From Diploschistes diacapsis (Eukaryota): a stretch of 47,677 nt of DNA. Below the pieces are notes generated by a model. It was not told where the DNA came from. It saw only the letters and a program-made list of their open reading frames with translations, and did not search any database. This document shows positions 11,201 through 23,494 of the stretch, in pieces (positions within the stretch are counted from its first letter, which is position 1; each line of letters starts with the position of its first letter). The DNA lies in the NCBI GenBank assembly GCA_023645945.1, contig JALAIB010000020.1:1-47677 (forward strand). The letters are read 5' to 3'. Position numbers and translations under genes: made by a program.

Positions 11201-12503
11201 AGAGACACGTTGACAAGATATTTACAGAGCTAGAGGATATCAGGCCGTTCGAGATCCTGAGGAATCCGAAGGATAGGGCAAACTATTTGCTTGTCAAAGA
11301 GGCTCGTATCATCGCCATGACTTCGACGCACGCGGCTATGAGGCGTCAAGAAATAGCGGACCTCGGCTTTCATTATGATAACGTTATCATGGAAGAGGCA
11401 GCGCAAATTACGGAGCTTGAGAATTTCATCCCTTTGACCCTTCAGAAGCAAAAGAAGGGCAAGCTGCCTCTACAGAGGATCGTGCTCTGTGGCGATCATT
11501 ACCAAAATTCCCCCATCATACAAAATCCTGCCTTCAGGCAATACGCAAATCTGGAGCAAAGCCTCTTCCTTCGACTAGTGCGTTTAGGTGTACCAATTGT
11601 CAATCTTGACAGACAAGGTAGGGCTCGGCCTAGCATCGCCGAGCTTTATAGGTGGCGGTATCAGAAGCTTGGAGACCTTCCAAGTGTCACAAACGGCGAG
11701 GAATACCGTCGAGCAAACGCTGGCCTGAGATACGATTTCCAGTTCATTGATGTTCCCGATTACAAGGGCACCGGAGAGATGCAGCCCAGCCCGCACTTCA
11801 TTCAGAATCTGGGTGAAGCCGAATATGCTGTGGCTATCTATCAGTACATGCGACTGTTAGGTTATCCAGCCTCATCGATCTCGATACTGACAACATATGC
11901 CGGTCAAAGAGCCTTGATACGCGACGTTCTAAATCATCGATGCGCACGAAACCGACTTTTCGGAAATCCGAGAATAGTGACCACTGTTGACAAGTACCAA
12001 GGCGAGCAAAATGACTGTAAGTGTCACTCTAAGTTTGCTGAAAGAATGTCTAACATATTCGTGTAGATGTCATCGTCTCTCTAGTACGGACTACTCGCGT
12101 AGGGTACTTGAGGGACATACGTCGCCTGACAGTTGCACTTTCTCGAGCTCGATTAGGGCTCTACATTCTTGGTCGCCGAGAAGTTTTCGAGTCTTGTTTT
12201 GAACTTAAGGAGGCTTTTGATCGGCTACTCGTAAGACCCACAAGCCTGATGGTGGTGCCTGGGGAGACGGTCCCTGCAGTGAGAGGCATAGATGACGAGG
12301 TTGAAGCTACCGAAATGATGGGCGTGGAACATCTGGGGCAGTATGTGTACGAGATGACGCAGGCGAAGATCAAGCAGCTGAAATCTGGGCAACTGGTCTT
12401 TCCGCCAGTAGAAGAGACGAGAATAGAAGAGGAAGAAGCGATGGCTGATGTTGATGGTGAAGAAGACGAAGAGCCTCCGCAGCCAGAGGAAATGGTAGTA
12501 TAA
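8248..12503 (+). CDS. cwf11: Intron-binding spliceosomal RNA helicase Aquarius (AQR/Cwf11); exons 8248-12016 and 12067-12503
   Basis: Family motifs YLWP, DLESQLPTRRY, LAIPKLNLQYLT, RRKGRENNFK, Walker A GPPGTGKT, atypical MEEAAQ and TTVDKYQGEQND. Removing intron 12017-12066 (GTAAGT..CTAAC..TAG) restores DYVIVSLVRT. Start codon somewhat uncertain. Confidence 0.95.
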
Positions 12504-12541
12504 TCGAAGTGTACATTACTACTAATACATCCAGCAAGAGC

Positions 12542-13676
12542 TCAGGCCTGCTTAGGCGAAAGCTCTTCAATATTGTTGTTTGGATCTTTCCATGCCTGCG
12601 CTACGTATCTGTCGATTCCGTCAGTTGTTTGTCAATAAAAGAATCAAGCTTGTTGTTCACTTCGTATGACTTCCACGTGCTACCAAGTCCCCTTTATCGT
12701 TCATGAACCTGATCGACGTGTAGGCCAACGTCTTGCCAACTATATCTAGAGGTCAGCAATTGTTTCTAGAAGTCTTACCAGATACGGTGAAGCGCTCTAC
12801 GAACATTTATCGCAAGTGACCTCCTTCAGAAGCAATCAGCTTCCTTCCACATACTTTGTAAAGGATTAATTGTAAGACCTTACAGCTTTCAAGGTATCCC
12901 CGATCTTGCCGCCCGGGCTCAAGAAAGTAACTATACCACTATTACCACCACTCTTCCCGGGGACAACTTCGCATCATTTCTCACCGCTCAAATCTGTCGA
13001 GACGCCTGTAGCAAACAATCCTTTCGACGCCACTGCAAGCGACCCTCCTAGGTCCACTTATGCGGTGTCAGCCAACGAACTGGGTTGAGAAGCACTGTTT
13101 GAGGCGATTAGTTACGTACCCATGCTCGCTATCGTTCCACCATGGAGAATATTGAGGCGATTCTATAAAGAGGGTAAGAATTGACGCGGCTATAGACGGC
13201 AAAGGCACTTCTGAAGGGAGGAGCTGACAGTGTGCTCTCTTTGGATATCCAGTTCGAAATTCACGGTGCCGGGCCGGGCGGCGGTTACCCTCAGCTGTTG
13301 TGTATGCTGTCAGTGCATTCTGATATCGAGGTATTCGTTCGGGTTCTCCATATTGCAAGATGAAAAGCAAATGTAGTAGTATTAGAGTCCAACAACATGC
13401 ATTTCATAAGGGACAGATATATTTGCGCAGGGTATGTGAGAACCTGATTGATTCAAGGTACCAGCAATGTTTACAACATACCCCGTCTAACAGCCTTCAA
13501 GGAGCCAGATATCAGCCTCACTGCCTCAATACTCTCTGTATCTCATCATATACCTTGGCTCCAGACCGGAATTGGCTCGAAAAGCCTCCCAAACCTGTTA
13601 AACATGAATCAGCCGCATGTTTTACCACGGTAGTTCTTGAATCACATACAGAGCGGACGAACTTCAGGGCAGCCAT
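12542..13676 (-). CDS. PaaI/THEM2 (ACOT13)-like hot-dog-fold acyl-CoA thioesterase; 10 exons, 9 introns
   Basis: Manual splicing gives MAALKFVRS|VWEAFRANSGLEPR|LLDG|LRVTAARPGTVNFELDIQREHT|NRLNILHGGTIASM|VDLGGSLAVASKGLFATGVSTDLS|VTFLSPGGKIGDTLKA|EVTCDK|FGKTLAYTSIRFMNDKGDLVARGSHTK|YVAQAWKDPNNNIEELSPKQA*. The N..LHGG...D and GVS.DL motifs are diagnostic, and all introns are GT-AG. Confidence 0.93.
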
Positions 13677-13952
13677 TGATGCGGTCTCAGTTTGAGGTTG
13701 CGAGTCCAATAATCAAAGTCGTCAGGGGTAGGGGTTGCCGATATGGGACATCTTGGCGTGCCAAGCCTTGCAGCTGGGGTCGAAGCAACGGCTTGCCGTG
13801 CTGCATCTTCGATCACCTCACATTCGGTTCACTCTTGGTTGTATATTTCTAGGGCAGGGCCGCCTGTGTCCAGCAAGCGGGGCGGCGCGATCGAGTGGGA
13901 GCGGCATGAGGGGTGACTGAGGCAAGAAGCAGATCTCAACAAATCAGCCAAA
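13677..13952. promoter_or_regulatory. Probable bidirectional promoter between the thioesterase and TFB2
   Basis: Only 276 bp between two divergent ATGs; GC-rich, with CCAAT at ~13706. Confidence 0.5.
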
Positions 13953-15539
13953 ATGTCGACCTCGTCGATGCGCTCCCTTGAGTACCTCGAGAGCATGCCC
14001 GGTATGGCCTTCGCCAGGCTATACCAGCAGCCCTCGACGGTTTTGGCCATATTTCGACGAACACTAACCCATCTGGGTATCTTGTCTCCCCACCATAGCC
14101 AGAGATAGCGATGCTGACCGGTCGGCGAAGCAAAGACGTTCGTTATGGCCATGTTGTTCCTGAGCCACCCCATTGCAGTGACGGACCTCGAGTCTTGGGT
14201 CCGACCCAACTATCGGGGGTATGAGAAGTTCGAGCTCTACAGGAGCAGATCGCTGATCTGGAGACAGAGAGCGCGATCAAGCCCTGAACCTCCTTGAACG
14301 GCTGAAAATCCTACGTACATCTACGAATCCCGGAAAGCCGAGGCAGTACTCTCTCACACAACCTTTTGCCGGTTCGTTACGCGACGCATTGACAGGAGGT
14401 GGCGATCACAGGTCCTTTGGGGTTCCTTGCAATACCCCGAGCAGAGAGAAGCCAACGAGGGAGGAATTGGATACGTTTGCTCGAAATCAATGGGACGGCA
14501 TACTGGGGTACATGGTGGGCAGTGCTGAAGGTGTTTCGGTGGCTGCACAGGTCGCGAGCGTCAGCGAGGGCGTCAAGAAGCTGTTACGGGACGGTGGTCT
14601 GGTTGCGGGAAAGTCAAAAGCTCCGACTATCACACAAGAAGGTTTCGCGTTCGTTCTGCAAGATGTGAACGCTCAGGTCTGGACAATCTTGCTCCTCTAT
14701 CTTGATGCTGCGGCGCTCGTACGTGAATTAGTCCCAGTCTCTTTTTTTTTTCGCACATAAGCTAACTGTCCCAGATGAACATGGATCCAGTGGACGTTCT
14801 GTCGTTCCTATTCATGCTAGGTAGCCTCGAGCTCGGCCAAGACTACAGCAAAGCCAATCTCTCCCCGACCCAGACGCAAATGCTCGACGACCTCGCTGAC
14901 TTCGGCCTCGTCTACCAAACCTCTCATTCCTCCGAGCGCTTCTTTCCCACCCGACTTTCAACAACCCTAACCTCGGACGCCAGCGCCCTGTCAAACTCCG
15001 CTAACTTCTTCTCCCCCAACCTCCGATCCGGCGAATCCTCCTCGGAAAGCTCCGGCTTCATCCTGGTGGAAACCAACTACCGAATCTACGCCTACACCTC
15101 ATCCCCCCTCCAAATCGCCATCCTCCAGCTCTTCTGCCGCCTCTCCACCCGCTACCCGAACATGGTCGCCGGCCGGATCACGCGCGACAGCGTGCGCCGT
15201 GCCGTCGGCATGGGCATAACGAGTGACCAGATCATCAGCTTCCTCGGCACGCATGCGCACCCGCAGATGCGCAAGGACCACCCGGTCCTCCCCGCGACCG
15301 TCGTCGATCAGATCAAGCTGTGGCAGATCGAGAACGAGCGCATGAAGGCAACGCCGGGGTATCTGCTGAACGGGTTCGCGACGGCGCAGGAGTACGAGGG
15401 TGCGTGCCAGTACGCGAGGGAGATTGGGGTGTTGGCGTGGAACAGCGACGAGAGGAGGGCGTTCTTTGTGACGAGGATCGAGCAGATGAGTACGTACTTG
15501 AAGAGGGGGAAGCAGCAACAACAGCCGAAAGCGGCATGA
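13953..15539 (+). CDS. TFB2: TFIIH core subunit Tfb2/p52; introns ~14077-14130, ~14219-14267, ~14719-14774
   Basis: Spliced N-terminus MSTSSMRSLEYLE..RLYQQPSTVLAIFRR. Motifs ITQEGFAFVLQD, GFILVETNYRIYAYTSSPLQIAIL, GITSDQIISFL, HAHPQM and TVVDQIKLWQIENERM. Confidence 0.95.
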
Positions 15540-15800
15540 GGAAGAGAGAGGGTTTTGCTTTGTTTGGGAGGGGGCGGGATCGTGTTGGGGTTTAGCGTGG
15601 CGTTTTTGGAAATAGATTTGGGACGTTCTAAAAATGGTGCGGATATAAAACAGAGTAAGTGTGCTCTCAGATGCCGCATGAGAGCTATCGGGGCATTTTT
15701 GAAAACAAATTTGCCAAGGGTATGAAGTTACTCTCCGAGTCGCTACAAAACGCATACACTGATTCCTGTTTTGCGTATCCTCGCTCTGCGTCCCCGCTAC

Positions 15801-18800
15801 TTACTCGTCATCGCTGTCATCCAGCACCGCCATCCTCCTGCGCTGCTGTTCCCTATCCCTCCTGCTAGATACCATACCGACGACTTCCTCGTCCTCGGCA
15901 TCGCTTCCGCCATCGACATCCATCCGATCCCCAGAAACTGATCCCTTCGTGCTTTCCCCGCGCATCCGAGATGCCAGAGCAACTTCACTCTCCTCCCGAC
16001 CCTCGTCCTCGTCCTCGTCGTCCGCGAACGGCCCGCTCCGCACCCTTTCCTTCTTCTGCAGCACGCCGAGGTCCCCCTCCGTCTGCGACGACAGCGGCGT
16101 CTCCTCTTCCGCGCCTTCTCCGTCCGACGTGCCGGCCCCACCAGGCCCGAGTCTCGGCGCGGGCGAGGACGAGAAGAGAGCGCCGGACATGAGGATCGCG
16201 TCGTCTCCATCGTCCCCGTCGTCATCGCTCTGGCTCTTGTCGGCGCTTCCGCTGGTCCGCCTCCTCTTCCTCCCTCCCTCTGCCTCCACCCCCGAACCTG
16301 CTCCATCAGCACTCTTCCTCCTCTTCTTCTTCTTCTTCTTCTCCTCCTCCTCGCCCTCGAAGAAAACCCGGTCCCGCTCCCCATCCGCCTCCTCGTCCGA
16401 ACTGTGCACAAACTCCGTGCTCTTGATCTTCAGCCGCTTCTGCGCGTCCGCCAGCAGCCGCGCCTTTCTCCTCTCCTTCGCCCGCGCCTCGTCTTCGCCG
16501 CCCATCCCGTCCACCCCGTCGTCCTCGTCGGCATCCGAAGCGGCGGAGCGGCGCCGCCGTTGGAGGCGCCGGCGCTTCTTGAGCTTCTCGAGCGCCTGTG
16601 CCGCGGCGGGTTTGCGCGCGGTGGGCCCGCCGTCGGGGAAAAGCAGGGCGTGCGCCTCGGCCTGGGCGTCGAGCTCCGAGTCCGACGACGGCGGGCCGAA
16701 CATGCCTCCTCCTCTTCCTGCCCCTTCCCGCGGGTTGTCGTTGTCGTAGCTGCCATCGTTGTCGGCCCTGTCCCTGGCGGAGGTCCGTTTGCGCTTGATC
16801 AGGGCTTCTGGCGGGATCGAGCCGTCATCGCCATAACCTGATGTCGGGCTCTGCCGGTGAGATTCGAGCGCCGCTGAGGCGGAGGAGAGAGAGGCAGCGG
16901 AGAGAGGGGGGGGGAACATCCAGGTTGTTGTGGCGGCGTCGGTGTCGTCGGTGTGGGTGAGGCCGATGAGGGTGAGGAGGAGGCGCACGCGGGCATTTTT
17001 GTGGAGGGAGAGCCGGAGGGGTTCGGTAGGTGGCTTGAGGGCTATAGGAAGGGGTTAATGCGCTGATGTGATGGAAATAGGAGCGGGGAAGAGCTTACTG
17101 ATTGGGGGTGGTTCTGGTTTGGCGGAGGCGGCGGGAGCGTCGTTCTTTTGGCTTTCTTCATGCTCTCCCTCCCTAGTGCCTTCTGGCTCGTTACTATTTT
17201 GAAGAACTCTTGCAGCAGCTTCGGCTTCCCAACTCTGTCTCTCACTAGCGGCGGACTTGGTGGCTTCTTCGATGAACATTATTTCGTCCATATTGGTCCT
17301 AAAGATAGCCGCGATGACGACGCCGATCTGTGCGTCACGGCCGCCTATGCCCCGGACCTCGAGCTCCGCGGGCACGTTTGGAGACGATGAATAGGCCTGC
17401 TTTTCATAGCCGTTCTCGAGATAGAAAACGGTTGAGTTGACTTTGCTGAATAGCAGCTCGATCGCAAGCTCCGGCCGCTCCTTCATCTTCTTGACTAAAC
17501 GTCGGAAAACTTGCTTGACAAACTCTTGCCATTCTGCGAACATGGCGTTCGCCGTATTTAAACCATCTGGGCCTTTGATCATGCGGTGGAATAACGATAT
17601 AATGTCCATGCGGAACAGAATCACGCCCATCTCCTGCTTGAAAGCGACGCGGTACAAGAAACGATGGGCGCGCTTCAGCTGCTCTGTCGTCAGATCTTTG
17701 TAGTAAGTCGTGAAGGCAACAAAGGTGTCAACACATGGCTGCGTGACGAACTTTGCGGCAAAGCGCTTGAAGTCGAACTTGCGTTCTCGAGATATACGCT
17801 GCGCGCTGATCTCGTCTTCGGCTTCAGAGTCTTGCTCCGGTTCTAGACTATCGTTTTGTGGGTTTGCAGCGTCTTTCTTCTGCTTCTTCGCTCGCCGCTT
17901 CGACCGGATTTGCAAGTCAATGTTCTCTTTTGAGTAGCGTTCGAGGATTCGCAAGAAGACATATGAGAGTTCAGTACAGGCGTCAAGATAGTTGAAACCC
18001 TGGTCTTTGTAACCTCTGAGAATGGTAACGACTCGGTCATGGGTGGTCTCTTCGTAGAAGATACGGTTCTGAATATTTTCTGCAATTTCCTGGTCCTCAT
18101 CGATTTTCGACTCACTCATTTCCTGCACCGTCAAAAGAATCTGCGTGAAGCATCGCATACCAGCATTCACCTCACGCCAGTGTTTCGTATCCAGCCGTTC
18201 TTGCATATACCTGTTCAGCAGGATGAATGTCTCTTGATTCAACACCGAGGCAATTAGTGCATAACTGTCTGCTTCGAAATCGACAGCTTTCGCTGTCGCT
18301 TGCGCTTGCTCTTTCCTGGCCTTTTTTTGTTTCGCCTTGCGCATCCTCTCAGCTTCAAGGAACCAACCAATCAGGTAGAGAAATTGTTGGGTGTGGAGTT
18401 CAAGAACTCGCTCAGCTTCACGCTCAATTGCCCTCCTCAAATGATTAAAGAGGGGATTAAAGCCAGAGTCCAGAAAGTCTTCAACAAAGATTCGCAATTG
18501 TGGTTTTGCAGTCTTGCTCAGAGGCGTTGTGACATCGAAATGGTTATTCGTACGTTGTTCTTTAACACCTCGTTTTGGCTTGTTCCATTTCTTGCTTTGG
18601 TCCATTTTTGAAAGTGCATGCTGGCCGTCCAAGAGGACATCCTGACCTGAGACCGTTGACATTTTCCCCTCCCCCCGCTTGACCCAGATCATTGTGCCGA
18701 ACCGGTTATGTCGAGTTGGTGCGTTTTTTGAGTAAGCTCGAAGCATGGCAGCTTCCTTTGCCATCAGGCTCTGTAGATCTTTTGAATTTTTCTTGTCCAA

Positions 18801-19690
18801 TTGCACGTCATCCATAAAGAGCTTCTCAACATTGACGCCCTTAAAGAGATGGAACAAGATTTCCAAGACCACCACATCCTGAGTATCGAAGTCCTCCCCA
18901 ATGTTAGAGGCGATCGTCAAGAGCAATGCGAAAACATCTTGAGTCTGGAAAGCATCAATCGTGGCAGACCTTGACACCTCATTCTCGTTCCATTCGACAG
19001 GTAGATCTGATGGCGCGGAGATCATTACAATGTTTCGCAGAAAGTATAGTAGGAGCTTAATGATGCCCTCATCGCGCTGCGACCGCTCACTGATTGGGAG
19101 CGCAATTGAAGGCAAGCCAATTCGAATTGTGGTTCGGAGAATCGTAGACGACCAGTGCTCAAGGATCTCTCTTTTGTATCCAATTTGCGCAAGCTGTAGG
19201 TATGGCGCATGCTGGTAATGGTTTGCCGTAATTTGTAGCTCTCCTTTCTCCAGAGGCCATGTTAAAGGCACAAGCAATTCAACTAGCCCTCGTCAGTATC
19301 GTACATCAAGTCGAGACATACTCATACGGCATGCAAGCGCAATTTTGTCTCTGATTTTATCCTGCTCTTCATCCTCTGGCCAGGTGGCCAGGATCTCCAG
19401 CAGGTCCCCTTTCACTAGATTGGCTTCCGCCAGACATCGCGCAACATCCAGACGATTCAATTTTTCGTCATACAGTTTCAGCCATCTCTTGATGTCTTTT
19501 AGACACGCCAGCGCATCGTCACCAAGCACATAGCGCCCATCCTCTTCTGAGCCAGTCCCACCAAGCTTTATTGGCGTTAGTCGAGCAAATACCAAGTGTT
19601 ATATAGGTAGCTTACCGCAGAGACGAGACTATAGACGTAAGCCCTGACCTCGGGATCTACCACGCCTTGAGGTGCGGTATATTCGTCCAT
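15801..19690 (-). CDS. TOF1: Replication-fork protection protein Tof1/Swi1/Timeless; exons 19690-19616, 19565-19328, 19282-17099, 17041-15801
   Basis: MDEYTAPQGVVDPEVRAYVYSLVSA|LGG..YVLGDDALACLKDIKRWLK, LELLVPLTWP, APTRHNRFGT, ENIQNRIFYEE and C-terminal KIKSTEFVHSSDEE. Canonical splice sites keep the frame. Confidence 0.95.
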
Positions 19691-19752
19691 TATATTCTAG
19701 TCTTGGTGGGTGTATCAAGCATATTCTCGGTGACAAAGGGGATCGTATGGTG

Positions 19753-19778
19753 ACGCGCAGTAAGGTGACGCGACGCGT
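19753..19778. promoter_or_regulatory. Cluster of MCB (MluI cell-cycle box) elements upstream of TOF1
   Basis: ACGCG at 19753 and 19768 and a full ACGCGT at 19773-19778, 60-90 bp upstream of the TOF1 ATG. Confidence 0.65.
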
Positions 19779-19789
19779 TTAGCTTAGAG

Positions 19790-20340
19790 CGGCAGATTTA
19801 ATTCTGACGATATAATGTTTATACAGATTTGCATCAAATTAATTTATAAATTAATTTACAAGGTTTTCTTAATAGATTAATCTTGATTTATTATCAAAAA
19901 TAAAAGTTAATTTTGATATTTTTAATTTGCAGGTCAGTCCTATAGCCCTATCAGGTTCAATCTCTGACCCCCTGAATCTCTGCAGTACCCAGACTGTTCC
20001 AAAATTGCTAAATATAAATAAAGTACTTAAAGTTAAGGGCCCAAGGTAAATATTGATATATAATACTTTAGATATTAAATGTTTATGGTTCATCGTTTAC
20101 GGCGCGCCCCGCGGAGTTAATAATAGCGCGCTTGTTGTTTATCGAAGTAAGCGCGAGCATTGAGTAAGTTACGTAACTTGACTACCTGCGAACATAGCTA
20201 GATACAATGAATGAGTGCCGAGGTGAGATCGTAACAGTAGGATCTTCGATAGTGTTTTATTAGGTTCTAGACTAGTCTAGAACCTAATACAACCTTCGAG
20301 GTCTCACTAGTGGCTGATTAGTCAGACATATCGAGACAGC
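19790..20340. mobile_element. AT-rich, RIP-like repeat relic of unidentified family, containing a 32-bp perfect palindrome
   Basis: Abrupt AT and TpA enrichment with a CpG-rich patch at ~20095-20160; palindrome at 20258-20289. Confidence 0.5.
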
Positions 20341-21174
20341 TTTATTATGGCAATGCGGATGTTAGTTGGGGGTTCTGGCCCACCAACTCAGACAGAGCGT
20401 AGCCGGCGCTATCCTGGATACTTGGAGATGCTTGTGCGTTAAGTTGCGGGGTAGGGCTTGGGCTGGTATTGGTATCGGGCGTAGGACTGGTGTTTACCAA
20501 GTCTACCTGAGCTGGGGCGTTCGACATGGCGCCAGTTAATACAGCCTATTACTGTGGCTCGGATGCTCGGATCGCCTTCACCTAACCTCTTAAAGAGTAA
20601 AGGCTTGCAACTTGGACCAGTGCTAGAGCAACCCTAAATCCCTACCTTCCTACCAAGAGCATCCTAGCCCTCTTAGGAAAGAAAAGAAAACCAGGATTGC
20701 GGAAAAGCCCATGGTACATGTTAAGTGATTGGAATATTTACCTCCAGCAACGGATGGTATTTGGGGTTTAGGCCGGCGGTCTGGTCCGTTTGCAGCATTT
20801 GAGCTTGCGGTGGCTGCACACTTCGTGAAGGCGCTCTCCCTGTTATTGATGAACTTTTGCACGGTTCGAGATGCGCTTGATTATCACCTTGGTAGCGGTT
20901 TTTGCACGGTCAGTACACTATACTTCCCTTTATCTTGAGCCCATAAATCTCTTCTGATTATCTAGTATACTAGCTAAGCAGTAATTAGACTGCGCATCTC
21001 TTACTGAAGTTTCACCAACAACACATGACTGTTGAAATGCTCTGGCTCCAGGCCTCTTTATGAATCCATCAACTTTACTGTCTCCCTCATAACCGCCATG
21101 GTAAACCGCTGTGTAACTGATCGTCCACGATTAGACACTAGGCACTAGGCACTAGGCATAGCTTTTGTCAAGCC

Positions 21175-22788
21175 TTAAAAGCTTGTCATAGTGCTCTTTG
21201 CGTGGAGCGTTGGGCCCCATTTATACAGTGCCCAAGGTATGGGCATCATTGCATCGTAAATAAAGCCAAATACGCTAGTAGGCCACGCGACTCCCAGATT
21301 ACTGTACACTTTGGTCAAGTTGTTGGTGATATTCGACGCTGAAGTAGGATCGCCACTCACTTTGGTTAATAAAAAGGGGAAAAGCAGCGGCAAGCACGTA
21401 GCGAAGCAACGATGTTGTAGCGACTGCGGATGCAACCATCAAAGCCTCATAGACGTCCAGGAGATAGAGAAGGCCACTCATCTAATTACCATTAGTGAAA
21501 CTTGTAGATTTGCGAATCAACTGCGCCCATACAAAGATACTGAGGTTGCCCCACGCAATTAGCGCAGCGGCAATGACAGAGCTGATCCAGTGCGTTTCAG
21601 GTCGTGCCGTCCATGCGTACCAAAATAGACTGGCAAGCCAAAGCTGCCCAGCATGGCTGCATACAGACGATGCTCCGCTGGTAATCGACCGATGGCACCT
21701 TGCGCTTTCCAGGCCGCGTGACGCTTTTCGTATACGAGGCGGTCAACAGGGATGACGGTAAGTGCACTAAGTATACTCCCAATCGCAATAGAGATGAACG
21801 TCAGGCCAACTTGCTGCAGGTCAAAATCATAGACCGTTTCATATACCTAAGGGAAGGCGGCAAAAAAGGAATACAAGACTGCGAAACTAAAACCAATGTA
21901 TATAGACCAAGCCATGACGATGGGCTCCCTAAAGAGCATATGCAGCGGACGATGGAAAGTTACGTGAAAGACGAACTTCAGTGCTGCGAAACCAGAGGTC
22001 CCAGGGGGAGCTTTCTCACCGGTCTTTTTGGCTGCACGTGCTAATATTGTCTTCTTGTACGTCTCGTCCATACGAAGAGCTAGGAGGTAGGTAAAGACGG
22101 CGAAGAAGAGGATGATCCATTCCGTCCATCGCCAGTTCTCGCCCACAACGGCAAAGCCTCCAATCAATGGACTTTGCGGAAGTCAGCGAGCGATTTCAGA
22201 CAAAGGAGTCGGCAACACTACCCCAATGCTGGCCCTAGATATGGGCACAAAGCGAACAGCGTTGTAGCCATAGCTCTAGACTCTGGCTTCCACAAATCTG
22301 CATTAGTTCCAGCTCCCACAACGAGTGGAGGACTCGCGAATACACCCGCAAGAAGACGGCATGCAACGAGACCTCCAAACGTTTGCACCCAACCGGCTCC
22401 CAGGATGAACAAAGCAAAGATGGGCAACGAGATCATATATGTTGCCGTTCTCCCGAAGTTCTCGCTCAGAGGGCTGCGATGATCGGGCCACAGCCCAGTC
22501 CGAGGAGGAAGAGAGAAAACGGGAGCAAAGCAGCTACATCCGAGACTTGAAAGTCTACCATGACTTGTGGAATGGCCGACGTATATATCGAAGAGGCAAA
22601 TATCCTTTCATGAGTCACGTCAGAAAAGCAGATCATGCTTATGGGATCACGTACACAACCAGACCGAAAAGCGCAGGCAAGACGGCATGGTAGACTCTCT
22701 TGCCCATCGACCAGTTATAAGGGTTTCTGTCATCGATCTCCCATGACACTTGGCTATCGTGGCCTTCTTTGTTACTTTCAGAAGTCAT
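21175..22788 (-). pseudogene. MFS drug:H+ antiporter (DHA1-type) pseudogene
   Basis: Motifs DRNPYNWS, SSIYTSA, SENFGR, RLLAGVFASP, GPALGPLIGGF, WRWTEW, ETYKKTIL, LFREPIV, EHRLYAAM and LLRYVLAAAFPLF. Lesions: 1-nt frameshift at ~22472 (GPIIAA/PLSE), in-frame TAG at 21847-21849, second frameshift at ~21630 (LPV/LFWYAW). Confidence 0.9.
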
Positions 22789-23494
22789 ATTCGGATAACA
22801 AGACTGTGAATTCAATAGCTTCCAAAGCGAGCATGCCAGTGGAAAGAAGAATCTGAGTTGGATAGAAAGCTGAAATGAGGGAACTCGATGTTCCTCCGTG
22901 AGTATGAAAAATCTCGCGCGAAATGTTTCCCATGGCAGTTTTTGGTTATGGTACTTAATCATAAGTTATAATTCTGTACGTATGCAAGGCAAGGCGAACA
23001 GTAGGCCAGCTGAACTGGGCATTTGTCGTCTTCCTACTTGTGATGCGTAGCAATTAATGCATGCCGGCCAGTCTGTTTGCACCTACGCAGTAGCATCACT
23101 CAGTTCCCGGCATGCTGGTGCAACGTCGGCTGAATCCAGGGGGTGGGAAATACATCACCAGTAGATCAAAACCTAGCACCCATGATCTGCAAGCGCCCTA
23201 ACGGAGATCGTAAGGATCAGCATAGGCAATTAAGAGACCTACTTTAATGTGGAAGAGAGCTGTGACTCCAGCTGGCAGCGGTGTGATTGGGCGTATACTT
23301 TGCATACGTATGCTGACCCGACGCTTGAATTGGCCGTAGAAGCATTTTGTGTAACAGCCATGTCAGCCGGACAAACAGATCAAGTCCTGCTGTTCAGATG
23401 CGTTGCCGACCTTGCAGTTGGCAGCAGATCGTGAGGCACATCACTGACGGATTGGGGCGTCGACATAGATATATCAAGGCTACCTATCGCTAGG

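Noticed and set aside
13505..13553. C/D box snoRNA in thioesterase intron 2 (ATGATGA..CTGA)
   Set aside because: Only ~40 nt, abuts the donor site, and the CTGA is the branch point.
15099..16841. Several long antisense and alternative-frame ORFs over the TFB2 and TOF1 3' ends
   Set aside because: Expected in very GC-rich, low-complexity coding DNA.
20345..20862. Two short minus-strand ORFs (60 and 70 aa)
   Set aside because: Short, with no recognisable motif or clear splice path; possibly debris within the island.
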